DNA from: Lama guanicoe
Lineage: Eukaryota
Direction of reading: 5' to 3'
Assembly (NCBI GenBank): GCA_013239625.1
Contig: MU054338.1
Coordinates: forward strand, 6,610,724-6,674,723
DNA length: 64,000 bases
The stretch's first letter is position 1; the number at the start of each line of letters is the position of its first letter. The notes under the pieces were generated by a model. That model was not told the DNA's origin. It ran no database searches and saw only the letters and a program-made list of their open reading frames with translations. This document shows positions 35,701 to 49,897 of the stretch, one piece after another. Made by a program: the position numbers and the translations under genes.

Positions 35701-38700
35701 GTCTGCCTGTGGTTGGTTGTGGGCTGGAGTCTGGGTGTGCTGGGCATTGTGACCCACTGCCCTCATCTCCAGCTGATTGGGCTCTGTCCCTAGAAACCCG
35801 GGATCCTGGGAGACTCTCCTCTGGGCACCCTCCAGCCTGGGGCCCAGCCGGCCAACCCCCTCCTTGGGGAACTGTCTGCAGGTAATGCCTACCCCACTCT
35901 TCCCCCACCTCTGGGCCCTGTCCCACTTCCCTTTCCTGAGCCCCTTTCCTCACTGGGTGTGGTAAACTCCCAGCTGTGCAGCCTTGGGCAGGTGACCTAA
36001 TCTCTCTGAGTCTCAGCATCCTCACCTGTCTGTTGAGTGCCTGGGTGCCCACCTCCCGGAGAAGCCATGAGCATCCTGGGAGCTGATGCACTTAGAGGGC
36101 TCTGCTCTGTGTTCAGCGTGTACTTGCCCTTTAGCTGCTGGCCCTGGTCCACATAGAGGCTCTAGGGCCCTGGGAGGATGTTCCTGTGTGGCTGGGCCAC
36201 TGACACCTTCCCTCTCTCTGTAGGAGGGGGCCTGCCCCCAGAGCTGCCGTCCCGGCGAGGGAAGCCACCACCCCTGCTGCCGCCACTACTTGGCCCCTCT
36301 GGGGGTGACCGGGAAACCATGGGCCTAGGTCCCCCAGCACCCCAGCTCACTCCACCCCCTGCCCCTATGGGGCTTCGAGGTACTGGCCTCAGAGGCCTCC
36401 AGAAGGACAGTGGGCCGCTGCCAACGCCCCCTGGGGTAAGGCCCTACACTGCACCCAGCACCATTCCAGTCTTCTGCCCTGCGAGGTACCCCCTACCTGG
36501 GGCCCTCGTGAGTCTGGCCCTCTCACCACAGGTCTCACTGCTGGGGGAACCCCCCAAGGACTNNNNNNNNNNNNNNNNNNNNNNNNNNNNNNNNNNNNNN
36601 NNNNNNNNNNNNNNNNNNNNNNNNNNNNNNNNNNNNNNNNNNNNNNNNNNNNNNNNNNNNNNNNNNNNNNNNNNNNNNNNNNNNNNNNNNNNNNCCCCAG
36701 CCCCCGGAAGTGGTGGCAGCAGCAAAGCCTTCCCGCTCAAGTCCCGCCTGCTCAGCCCCCTCACCAGCACCCGCCTGCCACCTGAACCAGGGCTGCCCGA
36801 CAGCTATGGCTTTGACTACCCCTCGGTGAGTAACTGACCGCCCTGTGGGGAGCCCTCCCAGGGACTAGCTGCTGTGGCCCTTTGTCCCCTGGGAGCAAGT
36901 CATTGTCCAGACCGATATTTCTCTAGTACTGGCTGCCAGGCGGGGCGCTAGGGAGACAGCGGGGAATGTGTCAGACACGGTCGCTGCCCTTAAGTCTCTG
37001 TGCATCTCTCTGTCTCTGTGCATCAGACCCTGCTTCCTGTCAGTTGTCTTTCTCCTGAGAGGCCTTAGGCCACACTTCTGCTTCCCCTTAGAGACAGGGT
37101 TCAGCCTCCTCTCTGTCTCTCTGTCTTCCATCTCTGCTCTCCCCTCTGCGATTCCTGTCCCTGTCCCTGCAGAGCTGCTCCTTCTGTGATTCCAGCTTCC
37201 TCTAGGTCAGAGATTGCAGCCTTGCCACCTGTATTATGTTTGGCCCAAACTAGATTAAGGAAAAAAAAAAAACTGGAATAGAAGCCAGTGCCAACATACA
37301 GAACCTGCAAGAGTTTGCACAACCTAGATGCCCAGCTTGCCTCGAAAACTCCAAACCTTTGGCCCCATCGGGGCCACACACCTTCACAGCAGTCATCTCT
37401 GGGGCTGAGGTGCAGCCACCCCCTGGGATGGGGCACCTATTCTGTCTCATTGCCCGACCCTGCAGGCTGAGTGGGCTCTTATGCACTGTGTCTATTGGAG
37501 GGGGCTGACTTCCCTGATGACAACTGTGCTGTGGAATTGAGTCAGGGGTGAAGTTGGTTACTGACCTCAACCCAACATGCTGCTTCTCCCACTTTCATTC
37601 AGGATGTGGGACCTCGACGGCTCTTCTCCCACCCACGGGAGCCAACCCTAGGGCCTCACGGACCCAGCCGACACAAAGTAATTGCTGCCCTGTCCATCCC
37701 ACCACCTGAGTGTTAGCTTTTGCTGCATAACAAGCAGTCCCACTACTTCATGGCTTGGAACAGCAAACATTTGATTATTTCTCATCATTCTGTGGGGTGG
37801 TGGGTGGGTGGTTGTCTGCAGTCACCTGGCAGTTCAGCTGCAGCTCAGTGGTCCATGGTGGCTTCTTTCATTTGTCTGGTGGTCAGTAGGCTGGTGAAGG
37901 GGCCTCGACTGCAAGGACTTACCTGCTCCATATGGGGCTTATCCTCCAGCAGGCCAACCTGTGCTCGTGCATGTGGCGGTGGTTCCAGAGGTCCCTGGAG
38001 GATGAAGGGAGGGTGGACCCCTTTGCTGGCCTTGTCATACTCCTATCCCATTGGTCAAAGCCTGGAATTGTTTGGGGATCTATGAAAGGGGATAGTACTG
38101 CAGTGATCCATCTTACTCAGCCAGCCCCCTCTCTGCAGATGTCCCCCCCACCCAGTGGCTTTGGTGAACGGGGTGGCGGAGGTGGCGGCGGGCCCCTCTC
38201 CCACTTCTATTCGGGCTCACCCACCTCCTACTTCACCAGCGGCCTGCAGGCTGGCCTCAAGCAGAGCCACCTTAACAAGGTGAGGAGCCTCCCCAGCTCA
38301 GTGCAGGTCCCCAGGGACAGCCAAGATGTAAGGGGCCCCTGTGACCCTTAGTGCCTAGGTCAAGGCTGGGGTGGTGGCAGGGGTCAGTTTGCTCAGGGCT
38401 GGGCTGAAACTAACCATCCTCCCCTCCCCAAGCCTGTGTGTCTCACACCTTGTATTGCCCAGCCTTCCTGGCCTCCTCTTACATCCTCCCCTAATAGTCC
38501 TGGGTGTGGATGGAATTAGCCCAGTCCACAGATGAAGAAACTGAGGCCCAGAGAGATGAATTAATCTCATAGCTAGTAGGTGGCAGAGGCAAGGTTTGAA
38601 CCTGAAACCCTTGCCTCTGCTCTGGGGACTGCTTCCTCTCCCATCCCATGTCTCTCCCATTTCTCCCAGGTGATTGGCTCCTCCCCACTGGGTTCTGGAG

Positions 38701-38992
38701 AAGGGCTCCTGGGTCTTGGCCCTGGGCCCAATGGCCACAGCCACTTGCTGAAGGTACGGGCAGTGGGTGGGGACATGCAAGGCTGGGGAGCCATGGCCCC
38801 TGGGTGGCCCCTGACCCACTGCCACTCCTTCCCCTTTGTCTCCAGACCCCGCTGGGTGGCCAGAAACGCAGCTTCGCCCACCTGTTGCCCTCACCTGAGC
38901 CAAGCCCAGAAGGCAGCTACGTGGGCCAGCACTCCCAGGGCCTTGGCGGCCACTACGCAGATTCCTACCTGAAGCGCAAGAGGATTTTCTAA
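26358..38992 (+). CDS. RAVER1: Ribonucleoprotein PTB-binding 1 (3 RRMs, PTB-interacting motifs); start codon hidden in N gap
   Basis: Exons: <26358-26519 ([41 protein letters not shown]), 28071-28137, 30135-30604, 34092-34283, 34417-34546, 34898-34992, 35794-35881, 36224-36435, 36532-36825 (contains gap; SLLGEPP motif), 37603-37677, 38139-38279, 38670-38753, 38846-38992 (YLKRKRIF*). RNP1-like motifs KGYGFAEY and KGFAVLEY. Confidence 0.97.
36563..36694. other. Assembly gap (132 N) inside RAVER1 exon 9
   Basis: Run of n; the reading frame is preserved across it. Confidence 0.99.
37708..38080. mobile_element. Old MLT1-like LTR fragment in RAVER1 intron
   Basis: tgttagcttttgctgcataacaa...atttgattatttctcatcattctgtggg...cccattggtcaaagc. 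Approximate. Confidence 0.55.
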
Positions 38993-40181
38993 GGGGCCAG
39001 TGCCAGAGATGCTCAAGGGCCTGAACCAAATCGCTTTTGGGTTTTCTGGTGTTTTGTTTTGTGTTTTTTTTTTCCTTTCGGTAATAGAAAAATCTCTGAA
39101 AGACTTTGCTGACCAACCAGCAGGAGCCCAAGGAATGTGGGGGAGTCCAGGGGCCACTCTGCACCTCTGGCCTGCTCCTGGCGTGGAAACCCTGCAGCCT
39201 TAAGAGGGAGGGGCCCGGCCCCCTCTCTCTCCCCACCCCTGTGTCCGCCTGTGTCCACCTGTGTCTGTCTCTCTGGGAGTCCTCTCCTGCCTCATTGCTC
39301 CTGTACCTTGGCCTCTTGAGTGCCTTGGAGGTTTCCCTCACCTCCCGTGAGGATCAGAGACTGTTCCCTTTTTTAACTTTGACAATTGACTTTGGTTTCC
39401 TTTTCTAATTTTTATTATTTTTTAAAACAATCCAGACAGCCCCCAGCTCTGATTCCTTTAAGGCCCAGCATGTCTGGGCCTCCATTCCACACTTTCAGTT
39501 TGAAATGGCTCACTCTTTTTTCTTTCTCCCATATCTGCTGCAGGCTTGGCTCTCTGCTGCCCCTGCCTGCCCTTTCTAGCCTGTACTCCAGTTCTGGGTC
39601 CCCTACACCCTACCACAGTCCCCTCACCTTCTGATGCCTTAAAGCCAGGCCCCAGGCCCCACTGGCCAGAGCCTCTCAGATGCTGAGCTCCGGAAGCTTG
39701 ACTCAGGACCAAATGGCTCTGGCCTGGGGATTGGGCTCCTTTACGCCGGGTCCCCCATCGTGGGGACAGTAGAAGGCCAAAGCCTTGGTCTTGGCAAACC
39801 AGTCCCACCAGCCCTCCTGCCCAGGCCTAGATGCAGAGATGGACTTTCTCTGCCAGCTTAAACCTCTTCTGTCCGTCTGTGGGGCATTGTGCATCTCACT
39901 GAGCCTCTGCTGTCTCCATGTTGAAGATGAGCTCCGCCTCTTCGTCCCAGGCCAGATCACCTGGAGCTGGCCTCCCTTTGGCCCAGTGCTGGAAAATCCA
40001 ACAACGTGCAGATAAGCTCTGCCCCTGCCCACCAGCAGGACCTGTCAGTCTGAGGTGACCCTGGGCCCTGACCCTGGCCGGCTGGGCCACCAGCTTCCCT
40101 CCCCTGACTCTGGGGGGTTCACATCCACTCCAGGGGAGGGGGGTGTCCTCTCCCCAATCTCCTCACACAGACCTTTGCTGA

Positions 40182-40187
40182 ATTAAA
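40182..40187 (+). terminator. RAVER1 poly(A) signal ATTAAA
   Basis: At the end of a ~1.2 kb 3'UTR, just before the FDX2 promoter. Confidence 0.7.
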
Positions 40188-40446
40188 GTTTGTTAAGTAA
40201 ATGGTTTTAAAGAAAGCAGAGCTGGCTGGTTCTTGGGACAAACAGTGGGCCTGGGTGGGAGGTCTGGGATAGCCCTACAGGTTTTGGTGCTCCCAAGCCT
40301 GTCCAGTGCCCTCCCACTCTGGCAGTTTCCCCTGGAGGCCCCTCCCTCGCAGGCCCCCAAGCAAAAGCCGACTCTTATATTCGGGTGATTATGGGCCCTT
40401 TGCTCGCGTGTCTGTTACTGCGCATGCCTAGTCTGCGGGTCACGTG

Positions 40447-43886
<3,440 letters not shown>

Positions 43887-44139
43887 TAAAGACAGCTGGA
43901 TCGTCCTAGACACTCACGGCCCCAGCGCCGGGACTGGAGAAATAGCCAAGTTGCCAGCCCAGCCCAGAGGAGGGACAGGCCTGAGAGAGAGATGTCGGAA
44001 GCAGCCAGAAGGCTAAAACCCCTGCATCAGAGAGAGCCCATGTCCAGGCTGTGGTGGGGACAGCGCCCCTACTGGGGCAGCCTCCCTCAAGCCCCCTGAG
44101 AATGGGGATGTGGATGGGGTGGAATCTAATTGGAGCAAC

Positions 44140-44145
44140 AATAAA
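44140..44145 (+). terminator. FDX2 poly(A) signal AATAAA
   Basis: About 250 bp after the FDX2 stop. Confidence 0.8.
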
Positions 44146-44299
44146 ACTGTCTCACAAACCTCCAGCATCTTGAATGTCCTTGTGAGGAAGGTGGGGACAG
44201 AGGGGCGGGCCCTGGGGTCTACAGCTGCATCTTCCATACCCCCAGCCTTCCTCTTCCACAACGGTTTTGGGCCAGCGGGAAACTGAGGTAGAGGCCTTA

Positions 44300-44784
44300 A
44301 GGTGAAGGCCCGAGAGCCTGAAGATCAGCGTGGCAAGGCTCCGCCCCGCAGCGCGGAGGGATTTGGAGGGCTCCAGGACGCCCTTGGCCGCAAGGGGTAT
44401 GCAAGCCCCCTGAGCAGAGTCAGGGGAGGGGGAAAGGGACAGAGGCTGGCCCAAGAGTGGGGGCTTGGAAGCCGGTGCCCAACATCGTCCACCAGAGGCG
44501 CCCGATCCCACAGGCGGCGCCCCACTCAGGTGGCGCTCCTTGCACCCTCCGCCAAAAGCGCCCCCGCCCCACGCAGGTGAAGCTCATCCGGTGGGACTGG
44601 CGTGGGCGGAGCAGGGCGAGATTTGGGAAGGGGGCCTGGGCTGGGGTGCAATGGAGGCTGAGCCAGTCCCGGACTTCATGCTGCGAGAGCTGCTGGCGCC
44701 ACGCTGTCTAGACCCCGAGCTGCCCCCGGAACCCCGGGCCCAGCGGGCACCGAGGACTGCTGGATGCCTCAGACCCAGTGGCAG
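44300..44784 (+). promoter_or_regulatory. ZGLP1 promoter/exon 1 with clustered Smad GC elements
   Basis: CpG-rich. GGCGCC at 44497, 44516 and 44695; GTCTAGAC at 44706-44713. Confidence 0.6.
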
Positions 44785-46856
44785 GTACGTTAAGGAGCGG
44801 CCCTTCCCCCAACCTGGCCCAGTGGTCAAGGGATCATGACCTCTGGCTCCTGGGGTTATCCAGGGGTCAAAATGTTAGTTACTGGTACTGACAAGGAAGA
44901 GGGCCTCGTCCCCAGGGATACTTGGGGGTCATGTGGGGGTCAGAGGCTATGCCATTCTCCTTGCCTTGTTCCATATCTCTGAGACCCAAGTAGGTGCTGC
45001 TCGGGGAAAGGGCTGACCACACTGCCCCTTGTCCCCAGGTCCTTCTGGCCTGCACACCAGGATTCAGTCACTGCACTGCGCTTCCTCCAAGAGACAGCAG
45101 AGGGGCTGGCCCAGCCTCCCACGTGGGACACCCAGGCCCTGGGGCCCTGCTGGGAGCTGAAGGCCCTGGGGACCCTGGGACCCCCTCCTCTGGCCAGGGA
45201 TGCCAAGAACATGCTGACCCCAATCAGCCAGCAGTGCCACAGCCCAGGGACTCCCCCGGCCTCTTCAGCTCAGCCTCAGAGGAGGCCCCGGAAGCAGTTG
45301 AACCCCCAGCGGGGTGCGGAGAAAGTGGACCCCCAGTTCGAAGGGGTGACCCTGAAGTTTCAGATAAAGCCGGATGCCAGCCTCCAGATCATACCCAGCT
45401 ACAGGTAGGAGCCAGCCTGGGCAAGGGCACCCTTTATGCAAGTAATGATAAAAGCACAGAGGCGTGGGAACAGGTGCTCCCAGCATCTGCTCAAGGACTC
45501 CTATGCCAGCCCTGCATTACAGACAGCCCCGACTCTAAGCAAGACATCAGGCTGGTGCCAGTCCCTGTCCCTGCTGCTGGAGACCAGTCACATCCAGGTC
45601 CAAGTGCAGGTCTCCTCCTAATGAAATAGTCTGACAGTACCCAGGGCTGCTGCTGTGGTAGATTTTTCCAGTAATGATAATAGCTCCCATTTGTCAGACA
45701 GGACAACGACAATACGAGATACCGGAGCACTTGACGTCTATGGGCTCTCTGAAGCCTGGGGAAGCCCACTTTACAGGTGCAGAAAATGAGGTGTAGAGGG
45801 TGAGATCACTTGTCCAGGGTCACAAAGTGAGGACTTGGGAGAACTGAGCTTTCAACCTGACAGGTTGGCTCCAGACTTATTACCTCTTCACATGATTATG
45901 ACTGTGATTACCAATGAGGGGCCAGGCCTTTCAGTTGTCAGATGCCTCCTCGGGGACTGCCCGATACCCTGGCAGGAAATACTCATTTGCGGGCTGTCTG
46001 GGGCAGGGTACAGACCTCCTGATGCTAACGCCTGTCTACTCCCCCAGCCTGGCCTGCAGCAGCCGCTCTCAGGGTGCCCCGACAGGCCCTGCCGGGGGCC
46101 CAGAGGCCAACCTGCGAGGCAGCGAGGCCCTGGGTAAGTCCTGGAGACTTGAGAGCTATAAATATTTGGGGGAGGGTATGGTTTCCTTTCCTCCTTATCT
46201 TTCTTCCCAACCTGCTTCCCTATTTAGACCCATCCAGGAGGAGTCACAGCGCCCCCCTCCACTCAGGCTGAGTCACCCCCACCCCCAGCTTCCTCCTCTG
46301 CCGAGCTTTGCCATCTGTCTCCCTTCCTGGCTTTCCCTATGTCTTAGATCTGGCCTAGGGCTGGGTGGGGCCTTAACAGAGGACCCCCCCGAAAATGCCC
46401 ACCGTACCCGACACAGGCCTCCTGAGCTTGGACTCTTGGCCTCTGACCCCTGCCCTTTGGCTTATGCCCTTTCAGGGCCCCGACGCTGTGCTTCCTGTAG
46501 GACCCAAAGGACCCCACTCTGGAGAGATGCTGAAGATGGGACCCCTCTCTGCAATGCCTGTGGAATCAGGTCCTCAAAAGGGAGGAGGGAATTGGGGTGG
46601 GGTGACATCAGTCCCTGCTTAGCCAGTGAGGGGTAGTGGGAAGAGAAAACACCCACCTCTTGGGGAAAGTGGCTCCCTGGTGGTGATTTCCAGGCTGAAT
46701 GTGGGTTCCTTGCATCCCCACCCCAGGTACAAGAAGTACGGCACTCGGTGCTCTAGCTGCTGGCTGGTGCCCCGGAAAAGTGTCCAGCCCAAGAGGCTAT
46801 GTGGCCGATGTGGAGTGTCGCTGGGCCCCCACCCAGTCCCAGCTCAGGAAGGGTAA
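44651..46856 (+). CDS. ZGLP1: GATA-type zinc finger protein 1 (GLP-1), germ-cell/gonadal transcription factor
   Basis: Exons: 44651-44784, 45039-45404, 46048-46133, 46476-46569, 46727-46856. GATA finger CASCRTQRTPLWRDAEDGTPLCNACGIRYKKYG; conserved block RRPRKQLNP...FEGVTLKFQI. Exon 1 (MEAEPVPDFMLRELLAPRCLDPE) resembles the mouse N-terminus as recalled. Confidence 0.95.
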
Positions 46857-47142
46857 GCCCTTCCTCACCCAGCCGAGCCTGTCCTGCCTCAGTTTCTCCC
46901 TGGGGAGAACGGGCAGAAGCCCTCGGAGGGGAAGGAGCTTGGGTCTTGAGGGATCCAGTCAGCCTCCTCTCTGCCCCCTCCCCTTTCAGAGACGCCAGTG
47001 GAGGATGCAGGCCCCAGACCTTTTGGCTCAGGGGGTCACTGGCCCCCTCCTTGGTCCCTGCTCCAATCAGGCTTGGCTGAGCTCCCCCCACCCCCCCAGA
47101 AATGCTGTCAACAGCGATACTCATATTGTTAATAGCAATAAC

Positions 47143-47148
47143 AATAAA
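47143..47148 (+). terminator. ZGLP1 poly(A) signal AATAAA
   Basis: About 290 bp after the ZGLP1 stop. Confidence 0.75.
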
Positions 47149-49754
47149 GAATAGAAATACTCCTAGAAGAGGCAGCATGACCCGGACCCCACCTTGCTTG
47201 ATCTCCCTCCCCCGCCTCTCCCCAGGCCCAGGAATGCGGGGAAGGGGTCTTCTCATTGGGGTTCAAGGGACACACACAGTCACAGATACTGGTACCAGCT
47301 CCCCCAAGGGAATTAGCCACATTCGTGACAACAGCCCATACAGGGCAACAGCCACCGAGTGTGGAGACAGACAACACATTCAGAAAGACAGACACGTCCA
47401 CATAGACACACACACTGACAGACACATGTAGACACACATGCGAGACACATCAGCAGATGCAAATGTGCTGACACTCGTAAGACATGTACACCCAGAGACA
47501 GACCACACACAAAACAGAAGGACACACACATTGACGGACACACACCTACCTATAGACACGTGTTGATAGACACACACAGGATGCATATACACACACAAAA
47601 CGGACACAGAGTTGGCGCATAGTGGTACACACATAGGTGGGTCCTTTGTCAGCTCCACCCCTGCCCTCAGGATGTCACCTTCCTGCAAATTTAAGTGCAC
47701 CAGTCCTTGCTCCGTGTCCCTCCCCCCATTTCAAGATCTTCCTGGCCCCACCAAAGAGTGTCCCCAACCTGAAGCCAGGAGCCATGTGCAAGACGCTGGG
47801 TCCTACCCTTGTTGGCAGGACACACAGGCCACCAGTCCTCCCTGGGAGGGAGGGAGGAGGGAGCATCAGGGATGGGTGGGATTCAGCAAAGGCAGAGGTG
47901 GTCCCTGCTGTGGGGGGTGAGTGAGGCCTGCCTGGCTGCATGCCCTGGGGAGGCAAGCCCGTGCGAAACCCACTCTGTGTCTCCCGAGTGAGCCTGCGGG
48001 GAAGGCCTGGGCCTGGATCCCTCGGCCCTGAGATCCCTGGCTCATTCAGCGCCACCCTTCATCAGCTCAGAACACCGTCATCCACATCCCCCATCGCTCC
48101 TGCCTTCTCATCACCTGGGGCAGGGCTCTCAGCCCCAACACTACATCTTCAGAGAAGCCTTCCTTGACCACCCAGCCTAAAATGGCTCCCCCACTCCCAC
48201 CCCCTGTCAGGCTCTAGGTCAGCAGCTGGCTCATCTCCCTTTTAGAACCTACCAGAAGTTTCAAGCTCTCTGCTGGTCCAGGGTTATTTCATTCACATTC
48301 ATCTCCCCTGCTAGACCATGACTTCAGAGGTCCAAAGTCATCACATCTGGGTTTCTGACCATGATAGCCCACCCCCGCCCAGTGCCCAACATGGAGAAGC
48401 TCTCCGGGGATAGACTCTGAATACACGAGGGTCTCAAGACAGTGTGTCTGCAAACCCCTGGCTGTTGTTAGCCACTTATTCAGTATTTACTGAGCAACTA
48501 CTGTGTGCCCAGGCCCCCATGGGGACACTCAGCAGTGAATCAAACACAGACCCCTGCTCTAGCAAAGCCAATATTCTAGAGTGACAGTAAACTAATACTC
48601 AGTTATATGCTAGAATGTCAAGTAGTGATTGTGCTACAGAGAAAATAAAGTCCGTGAGGAGATGAGGAGTTGGGCTGCTACCTTAGCCATGTTCTCAGGG
48701 AAGGCCTCTCTGAGCAGGTGACATCTGTGTAGAGACCTGAAGATAAGGAACTAACTATGGGGCCATCTAAGGTGAGAGGAAATGGCAAGAGCAAAGGCCC
48801 TGTGGCAGGCAGAACTTTGTGGGGTTCCAGGAACCTCGAAGGTGCGGGAGGGCGTGGAGAGGTGATTAAGGGAGGGCGGGATAGCAGTGGCACCTCACTT
48901 GTGCCCTTCCCTCTTCTGTGCCTGGCACCCAGCTGTGGCTCGGCCTCTAGTGCCTCAGTTTCCTGCTCTCACCTTGGCTCCTGAACTGTGTGCACAGAAA
49001 TGCTGGTGGAGCTGGAACTGTCCAGGCCTGCTTCCTTCTGGCAGCTCTGTGTTCCTGCTTTTGAGGGAGGAGGAAACTAGGGGTGGGGGGAGGGGAGGCC
49101 CAGCTGTTCTCTCCTGCTGTGTGTGTGTGTGTGTTGGGGGAGTGCGGCTGATACCCTGTGTGTCTCTCCTGAATCACAATGGGCCAGGTCAAAAGGCAGG
49201 TGGTGAGTAGACTGAGGCAGAGTGAGTGGACATAGAATGGAGGAGGCTGGGGCAGGGGGCAGGGGCACACCTTGTAATAGCAGGGACATTACAGGAGCTG
49301 ACAATCAGAGGATGCAGCATCCTGTGCCCATCCTTGCAAGGCCTCAGGGCAGGGGCTGGGCCAGACCCCTGGGAAAGGGGCTCCACCCATCCAGGGAAGG
49401 CAGTGTCAGTTCTGCCAGGAACACAACCAGGCCTGGGGGAAGCACCTAGCTCCCACCCTCAACCATTAGCCGGATTAGGTGGCAGCGCTGGGCACAAGAG
49501 ATAAGCAGCAGAAAGGGAGAAGCGAGGTCCCCGCCCCAGCCTAAGCGTCCAGTGAGAGCCGGAAACACTGGGTAGGGAGAGCACAAGCTCCAGGCCACAT
49601 CGTGAAAAGGCAGCTTGGACTGTGCTTGACACATGGTAAGCCCTTAAAAACAAAAAGGGTTTTGAATAAATAACCCGTAGGGTTGGGATTGGAACCCTGG
49701 GTTGCTTCCACTTAGCAGGCTGAAGCAGATGGAGCTGGAGTCCTTTATAAAAAC

Positions 49755-49760
49755 TTTATT
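49755..49760 (-). terminator. ICAM5 poly(A) signal AATAAA
   Basis: tttatt on + strand, about 140 bp past the stop. Confidence 0.8.
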
Positions 49761-49800
49761 GGGGGTGGGGGTAGAAAATGGGGGTGACGCCCCTGGAAGC

Positions 49801-49842
49801 GAATAAATAAATAAATGAATAAATAAATAGAACAATAAATAA
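49801..49842 (-). promoter_or_regulatory. AU-rich element in ICAM5 3'UTR
   Basis: Minus strand reads ttatttattgttctatttatttattcatttatttatttattc, with several overlapping ATTTA. Confidence 0.6.
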
Positions 49843-49897
49843 GCCCCCGCGTGCGTCTGGGAGGCGTCCCCCGGCCGGCGGGGAGAGGGGAGCTGGC

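Noticed and set aside
36695-36700. ccccag after the gap as a splice acceptor
   Set aside because: It reads in frame as coding P-A-P-G within a single RAVER1 exon.
38355-39341. 328-aa antisense ORF over the RAVER1 3' end
   Set aside because: No recognisable domain; GC-rich shadow ORF of coding exons and UTR.
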